Positions 14,062 through 26,828 of a stretch of 64,000 nt of DNA are shown here, in pieces. The DNA lies in contig NC_043002.1 in NCBI RefSeq assembly GCF_006345805.1, positions 53,754,001 to 53,818,000 of the forward strand, written 5' to 3'. Positions within the stretch are counted from its first letter, which is position 1. Each line of letters starts with the position of its first letter. Below the pieces are notes generated by a model that was given only the letters and a program-made list of their open reading frames with translations, had not been told where the DNA came from and made no database searches. The position numbers and the translations under genes were made by a program. This DNA comes from Octopus sinensis (lineage: Eukaryota).

Positions 14062-16108
14062 GGGCTGCTATCTGCAGTTTCCGCATATTAGCCTCTACCA
14101 CAAGAGCATTGCACCACTGTTTGCAAAGCAAACTTCTTAAACACAGAGTTGAGTAAACACGCGTGGGGGTAATTTAAATATTACTAGATTAAATAACTGT
14201 TTTTCATGCAAAAGTAAACAAGTTTAAAACTCTAACAATTCAATAGAAATCTTTAAACTGGTAAATAAAAGTTAATTAGTATTACTTGATGTAATTACAA
14301 CATTGAAAAAAACAACGATCCCTGAAGGAACTTACACGCTTATCCTTAAACGTTAAGTCTTACTAACATTGAATCTTGTGTAGAACCAGCAGGTAACTAG
14401 AATTTTTCAAACATGCATTTGAAAAATTGTAATTTGAATTTTCTTGCATACAAATATAAGCAAAGTGTTCATTTCCTCCATCTCAAAATAGTGTTTGGGT
14501 ATCATATATTTCTTGGTCACATACAAGTCGTAAATACTGTCCCGCCGTGATTTGCTTACGCCTTTGCTGTTTACTTCTATTTGATTAATTGGTTGTATCT
14601 CCATCTTTTTGATACCAAATATATTTTAACAATGACGTGATGCTACACTTGTTCGTTTTTCTCAAAGCATAGCCTTAGTGTTGATATCGGGCCTTGAATG
14701 CAGTTTCAGTAATCCAGTATGTCTGTATTTTAAATGCGAGATTAATAAATTACTCACGCGTCCTATATACCCGCTGTTTCTATATACATTTTTCATTATT
14801 GCAGTCAATTAAGCCAATACGATAAGCAGTTGAAAATATATCAAAATCTATATTGAAAATATTACTACTATAAAATTACCAATTATTTTAATAGTAATTC
14901 TATTACAGAAAGAGTTATTAGCTTAGACAATGGAGGGCAAGCAATTTGCACCTATAAGACAAAATGCAGAAATGTTATAGTATCATCCAGAAACTAATGA
15001 AACATAACTAATTGCTCCTACATTGATAGCAGGCACAGACAGACGGTAAGTTATCGTCCGTACATATTTATAAAACATATTCAAGGTAGATTACTCATGA
15101 AACCCATTATTTCAGAAATTAAGATGGAGAAAACACCAAGTCATTTTCAACATATATTTGGTATCTCAACCACAGCGTAGTAGACATGTCTAGAATCAAA
15201 TTGAGTTTAGTTGTAAAGGTGCAAGATTAAATATTGCTGGCTAGTAATTGCAAATTGTAAGCAACTGAGATGTTGATACAACTAAATCTAAACCACAGTC
15301 TTTTCAACACATTATACTCCTGCATATATTCCAATTAAAAACCGGCGGAATATTTGAATCCTGGATCCACAATCATGAATGTCGGCACTTGAAGCTATCA
15401 TTTAACGTAAGTTTTGAAAATGTTATTTCACTATATGAACAGGCATTGTATTTCGGCTTCCACTTTTTGACACTGGTTAAACATATGAAGAGTTCTCAAG
15501 CGGAATAAGCTAATGCCAGAACTACCGATTTAATCAACTACATGCAAACACATCATTTAACATGACACATGATAAGGTAAATTGGATTAAATGAGGATGT
15601 CAGTCAGCCTATTAAAATTATAAGTTGCACATCCAAGCAACAGTTGATTTCAGTTACATTCAAAGTACGCAGACACTCATGAGATTATACACTTCATTTT
15701 CAAACCGCTGTCCTTGCAATGCGTGATCAGAAAACGGAATTACATCCACAGTAAGCGCAATGATACAGAAAGCGATGTCGCACAAATTATTTCAGTAACC
15801 TTGTGATCGATATTCTAGATATTCAGGAAATTATACCATAAATATTGGGGTCCGTAATAGAAAAGCGACAACGTTGAACTTTTAGCTTTAAGCCTGAAGC
15901 TTGTGAATTACATTGACACCCTTTGAACTAAATACTTCCCTTTGATTAAATTTAGCGCTAATTATCCTATATTATGTAAACTACAGATCTTAATTATTTC
16001 ATTTGTAAAATTTTAATTAACCCCTATTGTACTAACTATTTGAATTTAACACTTCCTTTGGCCATTTGAATTATTCCGTTTTGAATTGTTTCCCAATCTA
16101 AATACATG

Positions 16109-16266
<158 letters not shown>

Positions 16267-16539
16267 CATGCATTTACGTTGAATAGTTAAACATTGCGAC
16301 GCGCACTCAAGAGGACTGGGATTGAACTTAGCGTGTACCATGCTGTGCAAGTGACTTCTATTATAGTTCAAGCTTACTATTCCGTAGATAGAAATTGTTG
16401 AGGATTCTTTCTGAGATATATTCTGAGTCTCTAAGTGTACACATACCTGTTGAATACTCAGCCACTTGTACGCTAATTTAAAGAGTACACCATGTAGAAT
16501 ATATACATACTTACACACACACACACACACAACATATAT

Positions 16540-16583
<44 letters not shown>

Positions 16584-17172
16584 TATATATATATACATAC
16601 ATTCTACATGCATATATGTATATAATATATACATATGTATATATATATGTGTGTGTGTGTGTAAATACAGTGTACATTTAAACATATAAGAGATGGCCAT
16701 AACAGGACATTTGACCCGCTAGAAGGAGTAGTTAAACTCTAAACCTCTATTAGGGGTAATTTCCAAAGGGAATATAAAAACTAAAAACATTTACCATCTA
16801 TTTCCTGTACCATGGTTTCAAGCTATCTTCACAAATAAAATAAATTGCTAGGTGAAGCTCTCATCAGCAGGAAAGCCAAGATTAACATATAAAGACGAGG
16901 TGATACAGAACATACCTCGTATTTACATGTTATAAAATTTCAAAATCCACCGCGCGAGCGCGGTTTTTTCGGCAGTTTTTACGAAAAATGCCGATTTTCT
17001 TTCAAAATTAGCCAGAAGTCATTATATCATTATTAATTAATTCCAGGGTAGCAAAAAAATTTAGAAACTTTAGAAAATGTTTTTGCTACCAGGTGTCTAG
17101 CGAGAAGAAAAAACTAGTCATTGGAATTTCAAAATCAACAAGTGTATGTATGCATGTATGTATACATGTATG

Positions 17173-17206
<34 letters not shown>

Positions 17207-17794
17207 TGTATGTATGTATGTATGTATAAGTGCAGATTTGTATATTTTGTATGTATTTCTATAACTATGTATGTGTGCATTGGTAACACCCTGCAGATAT
17301 ATGAATTGCTTGTGGGCATTAACGTCATTCAAACGTTAAGATTTCTCCCAGTTCGCTTAAGCTTTCAATGTTATCATTTATTTCCTCATATTTGAACGTA
17401 ATATTTGAACCACCAAAAATCATTTACATGCGGTATTCTAAAGTTAAAGATAAATCAGAGAATAAACTCAGCAAATGAGTCAAGTCATCGATATAATAAA
17501 TAACCTATTTGATTTTCAGCAAATACTGCAGAGAATACCTCTATCTTTTTCTCCTAAACCCATGATAGACAAGCTTTTGAGCCGTATTTCATTTCTAGTA
17601 TGAGTCACGTCAATACTCGTACGCAGAAAATCTTTGGCATTATAGACATTATATCTCCGGTATATAATGTCGGTGGTATTATAGAATATTATAGAGTTTA
17701 CACGATATCAAACTACTTCATAGATATGTGATCTTTCTCTCTTTTTTCTTTGATGAAATCAATATTAAACAATATTTACAAATCGTTTTATCTT

Positions 17795-17985
17795 TTATCG
17801 TTTATCTTTTATCTGTTTCAGTTATTGGACTTCGGCCATGAAGGATTTTATTCCAATGAATCGACACAAATACTCATTTTTTAAGGCATGACGTCTATTC
17901 TATCGGTTCTTGGCTGAACTGCTAAGTTACAAAGATGTAAACAAAACATAGCCCGTTCTAGAGCGGTGGTGGGGGACAAACAGTA
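17795..17985 (-). mobile_element. SINE family A, 3' half
   Basis: TTTTATCTGTTTCAGTTATTGGACTTCGGCCATG...TATTCTATCGGTTC...GAACTGCTAAGTTAC is the reverse complement of 30770-30910. Confidence 0.7.
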
Positions 17986-18327
17986 GAAAAAAAGACACAC
18001 ACATCATATACAATGAAAAATGCAACTAATATTTGCATATATTTAATGGACACGTCTAAGCAGGTTCAGGCGCAAAATATGCTGATTGATGTAGTGTACA
18101 TCGTTGTAAAAGCGAGAGGATATTCTCCTGTGACACAGACTACCGAGATTGACATATTTTCCTTATAAACTTTGCTAGACATTTTACGAATGGATATGAA
18201 ATTACCCGTTCCAAATCTTGGTGTATACGGTGTAAATGACGATTTCATATATGATTAATGCTGTTCTGGGTAATTCAACGTACACAAATGTGATGGTTAT
18301 ATATGTATAAATATATATGTATATATA

Positions 18328-18358
<31 letters not shown>

Positions 18359-18392
18359 ATTATATATATATATATATATTTATATTATATAT

Positions 18393-18435
<43 letters not shown>

Positions 18436-18617
18436 ATATATATATAATATATATATATATATATACCAATTAAGGACTGAACACGAAAAGTGGACAGTCA
18501 ACATGCTAGATATAGACGTCAAATCGCATTCACCACAAAAGATTATGTTCTCAGATCAAACTCAACACAAAACCATAACAATAAACAAGTGAAAAATATA
18601 CGAAATAAAATAATTAC

Positions 18618-18682
18618 CCATGTACTAAATTAGTTTCAGCTGTTATTTTCCGCAAGGAAAACTGCAGCCATCATCAGCATGG
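18618..18682 (-). ncRNA. Type I hammerhead ribozyme, copy 1
   Basis: Minus strand: CCATG-CTGATGA-T-GGCTG..TTTTCC TTGC GGAAAA..CAGCT-GAAA-CTAA T TTAG-T-A^CATGG. All three helices pair and the core is intact. Confidence 0.85.
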
Positions 18683-19123
18683 TCCGTTATAAATGTAATT
18701 TGATGGACTAGATGCAAACACGATACCGAAATATCGCGTGCATGGAGTTCAGCCTATTACATTAGAATATATCTTTCAAATGCCTTTACCTTGGCGCGTT
18801 GGAACCCGAGAAAACTAGCCTGCAGCTAATAATTAGCAGCAGTTAATTTATCGGTTACAGAACATATTTATTTATATAAAATTAATTAAGGGTAGAAATT
18901 GATATTTATCAATTAAGACCAGTGGTCTAGCATATTAAAAAAGAATCCGAAGATTAAAATATTTATATATACCAATTAAGGACTGAACACGAAAAGTGGA
19001 CAGTCAACATGCTAGATATAGACGTCAAATCGCCATTCACCACAAAAGATTATGTTCTCAGATCAAACTCAACACAAACCATAGCAATAAACAAGTGAAA
19101 AATATACGAAATACAATAATTAC

Positions 19124-19188
19124 CCATGTACTAAATTAGTTTCAGCTGTTATTTTCCGCAAGGAAAACTGCAGCCATCATCAGCATGG
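19124..19188 (-). ncRNA. Type I hammerhead ribozyme, copy 2
   Basis: Same motif as 18618-18682, 506 nt away. Confidence 0.85.
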
Positions 19189-19637
19189 TCCGTTATAAAT
19201 GTAATTTGATGGACTAGATGCAAACACGATACCGAAATATCGCGTGCATGGAGTTCAGCCTATACATTAGAATATTCTTTCAAATGCCTTTACCTTGGCG
19301 CGTTGGAACCCGAGAAAACTAGCCTGCAGCTAATAATTAGCAGCAGTTAATTTATCGGTTACAGAACATATTTATTTATATAAAATTAATTAAGGGTAGA
19401 AATTGATATTTATCAATTAAGACCAGTGGTCTAGCATATTAAAAAAGAATCCGAAGATTAAAATATTTATATATACCAATTAAGGACTGAACACGAAAAG
19501 TGGACAGTCAACATGCTAGATATAGACATTTGTAAAGGCATTTGAAAGATATATTCTAATGTAATAGGCTGAACTCCATGCACGCGATATTTCGGTATCG
19601 TGTTTGCATCTAGTCATCCATCAAAATTTATAACGGA

Positions 19638-19702
19638 CCATGCTGATGATGGCTGCAGTTTTCCTTGCGGAAAATAACAGCTGAAACTAATTTAGTACAT
19701 GG
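19638..19702 (+). ncRNA. Type I hammerhead ribozyme, copy 3 (inverted arm)
   Basis: CCATGCTGATGATGGCTGCAGTTTTCCTTGCGGAAAATAACAGCTGAAACTAATTTAGTACATGG. Predicted cleavage after A19697 (GUA). Confidence 0.85.
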
Positions 19703-19940
19703 GTAATTATTTTATTTCGTATATTTTTCACTTGTTTATTGCTATGGTTTTGTGTTGAGTTTGATCTGAGAACATAATCTTTTGTGGTGAATGGCGATTT
19801 GACGTCTATATCTAGCATGTTGACTGTCCACTTTTCGTGTTCAGTCCTTAATTGGTATATATAAATATTTTAATCTTCGGATTCTTTTTTAATATGCTAG
19901 ACCACTGGTCTTAATTGATAAATATCAATTTCTACCCTTA

Positions 19941-19982
<42 letters not shown>

Positions 19983-22276
19983 TATATTGCAACATTTATA
20001 AGGTGTTATCTAATTTGGATAGAGTATATTCAATCGAGATGGGAAACAATGCCCCATTGTGGTGTCGCATTAACTGAAGGCAAAAGAGTTTGTTTACCAT
20101 TGCATGACTTTATGAAGACCAACAGTGAAGCTCTTACAAGTGAAGAAATTAAAACCAATTTGCAGAAATAATACTCCAAAATCTAATGTCTACTCTTGGG
20201 CTTTTTAAATAGTATTTAGAACAGTTACTTAAATAGTAATGGTTTGTAGTTTATTACTAAGCTAACTAAGAAATAACAGTAACGTATTGGTTGCTAATAG
20301 AATTTCGTCAAAACGTTCTTGTCTGTCAGTCACCAATCCCAAGGAAGAGACACTATGACTGATTGGCTGAAATTTAACTTAATCGATAATTCAATTAGTT
20401 CATCTGTGTTCCTGAAATTTACAGCTGATTGAATCGATAACTTGTTTGTAACCTACTGAGTAAATTATCAGCGCTTGGTTTGTTATCATGGATAGCAATA
20501 TCTTTCATTGTAACTAATAAGTTAAATTGAACTTGCAAATTTGATTTGATATATTTATTTTAACCAGATGAGGTGGATCCGGTTCTACCAAATGTTTGTC
20601 TTTCCACCACATAATACTATAAAGGAAAATTTATCTACCCGAGTAGATGTCCTTCAGTAGTCTTATTGAAGCGTACACTGAAATACATCCTAGACGTTAT
20701 TAAGTTCAATGCTGCATAAATCATTAACTTCATTCACTGATTGTATGCTACATTATGCCAAAGCAAAGCACTAAATGTGTCCTCAAATAAAATTTTAATT
20801 TTTCGAACCATTAATTTAATGAACGTCACTTTTAAAATATTCAACGTTTGAATCAGAGATCAAACCGACTGAATAGTTGAGTAGCTAATAATATCGATAA
20901 AAAATATTCCGCCTATAAACATTAAGAATAATTGCCCCAAGAAATAAAATCAACATATCTGAAATGAAGTTATAATCTTCTTTGTTAGAGCCAATGAGTG
21001 AGCTAACAAAATAAAAGTGGATTATCATTAAATGGTACGTATATATTAGTTTTTCATGTATTAGCACGGATTTTATTGAATATATTGAAAGGCGTTTTAC
21101 GTCAAGACATTAGGTGCTGTTAGATATTGCGACTAACGTTCCCCTTTCTTGTTCAACAAGATATAAGTACTGAATAGATTTATGAAACTGAATTCCTATA
21201 CAACAATATATGGTTGTTTAGGGAAAGTGATTATGAATGTTATTAGTTGGATTATATGTTTGAAAATAGCACTATATTCCAAATGATATCATTGGTTTTC
21301 ATAATATTATGTTTTAAAGACGAGATGTACATCAATAACTGCTAATCAAAACCAAGTCAAATGTTTTATATACAATCTGTACAAAGTGGGAATTATTCTC
21401 TTGTGAAGTATATAAGACCACATGGCATTTTTTCGTTCACTCTGCCGGATAATATTAGTAATGAATATGCAAATCATCTTTGAGGATTTCCCTCCACACA
21501 GTACAAATAACGATTTTTATCGGGTGGTAGATATAAGCACTGTTCAGCAAACAATTTTGTTTTCTGAAATTATGAACAAAGCCACTAGCTTGTTTAGGCT
21601 GAAATTTAGATGAGACACAACATGTGTTTGAATGTCTGGAACATATTAATAATCGCTTTAGATCTCTCTGTATACAGTGCAAATAACGATTTTTAAAATC
21701 CTTGCAAAATGTCTAAAAAATATTTCTACTATGTTGATTATATCTTAAACTTAGAACAGTTTTATTTACTTACGTGGTCTTTAAAGCTGAACTATATATC
21801 AGAAATTAAAAAAAACATGGAAGTTATAAGAACATATACACATACATATATGCGCGCATTCATGTATCTATAAATGTGCGCGTGTGTCTGTGCATGTGTG
21901 TGTGTGTGTGCGTGCGAGTGTGTGTTTGTGTGTTTGTGTGTGTGTGTGTGTGTGGTGTGTGTGTGTGTAAAAAGTCTCGTCATGTAATTCGGATAAGCGT
22001 GGAATATCTAACAAATGTTCTCTGATACAGTGAATTTTGTTACTAAACGAACTGCTTGGAAACCTCTCCTGAAATACAAACAGTAGGTTAAAAAATAAAG
22101 ATGTAATTTAAATACAGCGGAGGAAATTGTGTTAAAATGTAATAATAAAGTTTGCATCTTAAAATTGAGATACAAGTAGTTTTCAGGTATTATATTTTTG
22201 ATATTAAAGCAAGATAAAACACCACACACACACACACACACACACACCACACACACACCACACCACACTCACACAC

Positions 22277-22315
<39 letters not shown>

Positions 22316-22333
22316 ATATTATATATATATATT

Positions 22334-24310
22334 CTAGTTTCAGTTCAGAGCTGCGGCCATGCTGATACACCGCCGTTTTGTGCTACACTATTATTACTAA
22401 GAGCCTTCTCTAATATGTGGCACTCGGTGAAGAATGTAGTTTGATATAGCTACCCTCATTTGCACATCTTGCCGTGAGGTAGGTTCATCTGGGACGCTCG
22501 ACAGGAAAAGGTTCAGCTTTGATTTAAAAACCGCTACATCGACTTTGTTGAAGTTCCTCAGGCTCTTTCGGAGAATATTAAAAAGCTGTGGGCCCTTGAA
22601 ACCCAGGCTGTTGTAGTAACTGGTCCTGAAGCATGATGGCAGTGCTGGGATCTTTGGCACTATGCAGTGTCATCCCATTCTGGCATTGGTGTAGCTTTCA
22701 ATGCCAAAATTTGGCACAATTCCTTCCAGGATCTTCCAGATATATATTACTGCATACCTCTCCCGTCTACTCTCCAGGGAGTAGAGTCTTAGCTGTTTCA
22801 ACCTTTCCCAGTAGCTGAGCTGTTGCAAAGAGACGATCTTCTTTGTGAATCTTCTCTGGATTGCTTCAAGGTCCGCTGTTAATTTCACACTAGTGGGTGA
22901 CCATAGCTGTGAGCAGTAATCCAGGCGGCTGAGGACGAATGTCCGTCAGAGGACCATCATGTTTTCCTTAACTCTGGTTCTGAATGTTCTTAGGATCCAA
23001 AGTCGTCTGAACTTTGTCGCCATCATGGTAATGTGCACTTGGAAAGAGGTATCATCACTCATGTCGATACCCCGGTCACTCGCTAACTTAGGCTCTGGGA
23101 TTGAAATTCCCTGTGGACCGGTGTACTCTGTAAGGTTAATATTCAGTTTTGGATGCTGGTAGCGCAGGGCCTGGAATTTTTCAGCATTAAACTGCATATT
23201 ATTATCCTCAGCCCATCTGTAAATTGAGCCCAACTCCTGCGGGTGTGCGACATTGCTGGGTTTCTGTATTTTCTGCGAGACTTTCGTATCATTTGCATAG
23301 CTTGCCAGAGTGGCTATCCGGGCATTTGAGGGCATATCTGAGAGGGCCACTATAAAAAGCAGTGGTCCCAAGACAGTGCCCTGTGGAACACCGCTCACTA
23401 TTTATGTGTTCATAGAGGTGGCTCCATTAACCACTACTGCCTGTCTCCTATCTTTCAGGAAGTCATGTAACCACTCTCCAAGTTTTCCAACTCTGCCAAG
23501 GTCAATCCTTTGCGCCATGCACACAAAAAACTGTTGCTCAGCTGCTGCGTTGCGCAGAACATCTGAGGAGCACACTTCTTTTCTGGATGTTTTCCTGGGA
23601 GACACTTCTTGTCTTTCCTCAGTAAAGTTTTTCTATTTAAGGCCCCTGTAGTTATGGCGGGGTGCCGGGTGGGCAAACCTGCAGTTTTTGCCGTCCTCCC
23701 CATGCCAACATTTGCCCTGCAGGTAAAATTTACAGGTTCTTGGGTGCCTTCCAGATTTCTTCTTTCCAGTATGGTTTTGGGTGGCATTGGATCCTCCATG
23801 GGATTTTCTGTTGTTTGTTTGGTGGGTTTGGGTTTGGGTTTTGTTTGTTTTGCCTTTTCCTTCCTTTCCTTCTTTATTTTCGTTTTCCGTCCTTCCTTTT
23901 TTCTTCTGTGCTTCTAATGGGGTGGGGCTCCGTTCCTTTGTAGGAGCACTGGCACAGGGGGGCTTTCAGTTACTGCTTCCTTGACTCCCCTATCCTTTTC
24001 TGCCAGGTCGTTCACTGGGCGGGTGATCCATTTTCTTGAGGAACCTCTGGATTACAGAGACTTCTTGGTTTTGTTTCCTTTTCTTTTTCGTCTTCTCCAT
24101 CCTTATTAGCCTTGCCACAATAATTTTCCATTATGTTATCGAAGTTGTTGATGTGTGGTCTTATATAGACCGGATAAATTCTCTCTTCTTCCGCTCTATC
24201 TGGTCAAAGGTTCTGTGAAAGCCATTGTTCTTTAGTGCAGCGGTGATGTTGTTTGGCGAATCGCCACTAGCAATCGCCCATGCTCGTAGCAGAATATTCA
24301 ATTCTCTCTC
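22334..24310 (-). pseudogene. CR1/L2-group LINE relic: ORF1 remnant fused by internal deletion to RT and C-terminal domain, with 3' tail
   Basis: RT motifs SGVPQGTVLGPLLF and YANDTK (decayed YADD), MQFNAEKF, LEAIQRRFTKKI...SYWERLKQLRLYSLESRRERY, split over frameshifted ORFs 22397-23500. ORF1 part has CKFYLQGKCWHGEDGKNCRFAH (23669-23734). No endonuclease domain seen. Confidence 0.9.
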
Positions 24311-24645
24311 TATATATATACATACATATATAATATTATTACAAAATTGGGATTTTACCAATAGAACCGCAACTCCTGTTTCGGGATGACATTATTGTAT
24401 GGAATGCGCATAGAAAGTTATATCAAAGAAAATAATATAAGTATTTAAAAAACCTACTATAAAATACAATAAATTTATTTTTTTTAAATGAGTTTAAAAA
24501 TATTTGGAACAATATATATAACTTAGCTGTTATTAGTCTGTGGGGAAAGAAGATATTGCATTAGTAAAGAGTAAAATAGTAAATTTCCTAATACCTGGAA
24601 TACTTAATATTCCCTAAGATTTTCAAAATATACATACATATATGC

Positions 24646-24703
<58 letters not shown>

Positions 24704-24787
24704 TACTTACATCTGACGGATATCTGTCATGATCTTGTTGTTTTAATGATATTATTATTATTATTATATTTTATTATTATTATTATT

Positions 24788-24815
24788 AAGAAGAAGAAGA
24801 AGAAGAAGAAGAAGA

Positions 24816-24850
<35 letters not shown>

Positions 24851-24859
24851 AGAAGAAAG

Positions 24860-24890
<31 letters not shown>

Positions 24891-24970
24891 GGAAGAAGAA
24901 GAAGAAGAAGAAGAAGAAGAAGAAGAAGAAGAAGAAGAAGAAGAAGAAGAAGAAGAAGAAGAAGAAGAGA
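24788..24970. repeat. ~180-bp (GAA)n microsatellite
   Basis: Direct reading. It produces the spurious poly-K, poly-F and poly-L ORFs. Confidence 0.95.
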
Positions 24971-25014
24971 GAAAAATATCTCAGGAATGAGAACCCAGTT
25001 CGAAATTTCCCCAA

Positions 25015-25060
25015 GACACCTGATGAAGGCTGAAGGGTATATCAGCCGAAACGTTGTGTT
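25015..25060 (+). ncRNA. Minimal type I hammerhead ribozyme
   Basis: GACAC-CTGATGA-A-GGCTGA(AGGGTATA)TCAGCC-GAAA-CG-T-T^GTGTT. Helix III is reduced to the palindrome ACGT, as in Penelope minimal hammerheads. Confidence 0.8.
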
Positions 25061-26114
25061 AGCAACAAACAAGATGAGGACAAATATCCGTCAAATGTAA
25101 GTAATGTATATAATGTACATAATTCCTCTTCTCTTAAATATAGAACTTCCACTCTTTATACAGTTCTATAAAGCAATGCAAGAAAACGAACTCGAAATCT
25201 GAAAATTTTGCACTTTTATAGTTTTCATTAAACTACAGTGTTTGCTCATTGAATTGAAATATTACGGCTTCTACTGTTGATTTATACTCACGCAGATGTA
25301 GAATTTCAACAATGATTTAGTTATTAGTGAAGCTTCGATTGAAACACTAATTCCGTTGGTCGACTAAAAGTACACCCATCCATGCTTTATATGAATTCAT
25401 TCAGGTTAAAAGTAATGTACACCGATTGCACACAATAAGTCACCAGAAAACACGCCAAACTTGCAAATAGATTTATAGTACTAAGATTTCATTTCCATTC
25501 AACTAATTAACCTGCAACAGAATAACAGCGGCGGGGTGGGGGTGGGTCTTATCATTAAGGCGTTGAATATTATTTCATAGCTAAAGTGCTGGCTGTTTGC
25601 CTAAAAGGCGATGGATATAGCGATCCATTTCAACTAAATATAAATTGGAACCAAATTTACACACAATATTTGTTGTACATGTGGAAGGTAATAAGGCCAA
25701 TAATAAATCCACGCACGGGTTCTATTTCACTTCTGCTATTATTATTAGTCAGCCAATTAACTAATTAACCAATTAACTAGTCAATTTTTAAAATTAATTG
25801 TTCAGTCAATCAGTCACTCTTCTAGGTTTGTCAGGGTCCTTTCACAACCACATCAATGATATTCTCATTCTACACCAGGCGTAATGCTTTATTTTGGCAA
25901 AACATTCATGATTTAAACACTTTCTATATATAAGTGATACAAAATTTGAGAGAAATAAAGACAAGAAAATTTATGGCAGTCAAAATGTCCGGAAACTTTG
26001 GATGTTAAACAAGTTGAATGAATCAGCATGAATGAAGAATACGGATACAACACATCCCAAAACACATCATGTCCTCACTGTAAATTTCTCATAAGTAATT
26101 TAGTAAGGAGGCCA

Positions 26115-26572
26115 AAAAAGGGTAGTAACACCCTCCTAGTCAGGTCTTTACGTTGTCAAATAGTATTTACTCTGTAGTACTGTCATTATTTATTTCTCGC
26201 CCAGAGATTTAAAACTGTTTTTACTCCTTACGAGATCCGTAACTGTGTGTGACTAAAACTATATATCTCAAGCAAGGCCTAGAGCTGCAACCTCTAGCCA
26301 GCGGTTATCCTGTGCTGATGAAGAAAAATAACCCAGAACCCATTGGTCTGCAGGTAACGTATAGAACCGAGTGGGAACATTAGCTCCCTTCGAGGTGTAA
26401 GGATGCAGTTGTGCGTCGATAACCAGCTGGAAAAGATGTTTTCCTGGTGCTAAAAAGGTAGTAATACCGTCCTAATCAGGACTGCCACTTTACGTTGACA
26501 ACTAGACTTTACTCTGTAGTACTGTTACTACATATTTCTCGTTCAGAGATTTAAAACTAACTTTTTCTCCCT
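26115..26572 (+). repeat. Diverged ~115-bp direct repeats (period ~340 bp) enclosing a decayed hammerhead-like motif
   Basis: AAAAGGGTAGTAACACCCTCCTAGTCAGG...TTTACTCTGTAGTACTGT...CAGAGATTTAAAACT occurs at ~26117 and ~26453. CTGATGAAGAAAAATAACCCAGAACC at 26316. Confidence 0.65.
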
Positions 26573-26579
26573 ATATATA

Positions 26580-26828
26580 TATCTGTAAATATAATATGTG
26601 ACAATTATTCGGTAGCCATGATAAAACTCCGATTTTCGGGTGTCGAGGCCGAAACCCACGCCGGCCGGATAACTGAAGAGATGGCGGCGTGGGTTTCCGC
26701 CCCAACATCCGAAACTCGGAGTTTTATCATGGCTACCGAATAATTGTCACATTATATTTACAGATAATCCTCTATTTACATAATATCGAGGTCTCTTAAT
26801 TTCTTTTGTTGTCTTACCAGTTCTATCA

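Larger units (their letters stand above)
18465..19950. mobile_element. Retrozyme / Penelope-pLTR-like array: 2.1 tandem units of ~506 bp plus an inverted ~415-bp copy, flanked by (TA)n
   Basis: Unit start CCAATTAAGGACTGAACACG at 18466, 18972 and 19476. 19535-19950 is the reverse complement of ~18872-19292. The copies are nearly identical and each full unit has one hammerhead. Confidence 0.9.
24697..25147 (+). mobile_element. Fold-back pLTR-like element with internal (TTA)n/(GAA)n and a hammerhead
   Basis: ACATTACTTACATCTGACGGATATCTGTCATGATCTTGTT (24700-24739) is inverted at 25067-25108. Next to (TA)n. Confidence 0.75.

Noticed and set aside
18465-19950. CRISPR-like array or satellite DNA
   Set aside because: Units are ~506 bp with no spacers, only ~2 copies plus an inversion, in a eukaryotic context.
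20030-20180. Short open frame (…PHCGVALTEGKRVCLPLHDFMK…)
   Set aside because: Too short, with no recognisable family and no supporting splice signals.
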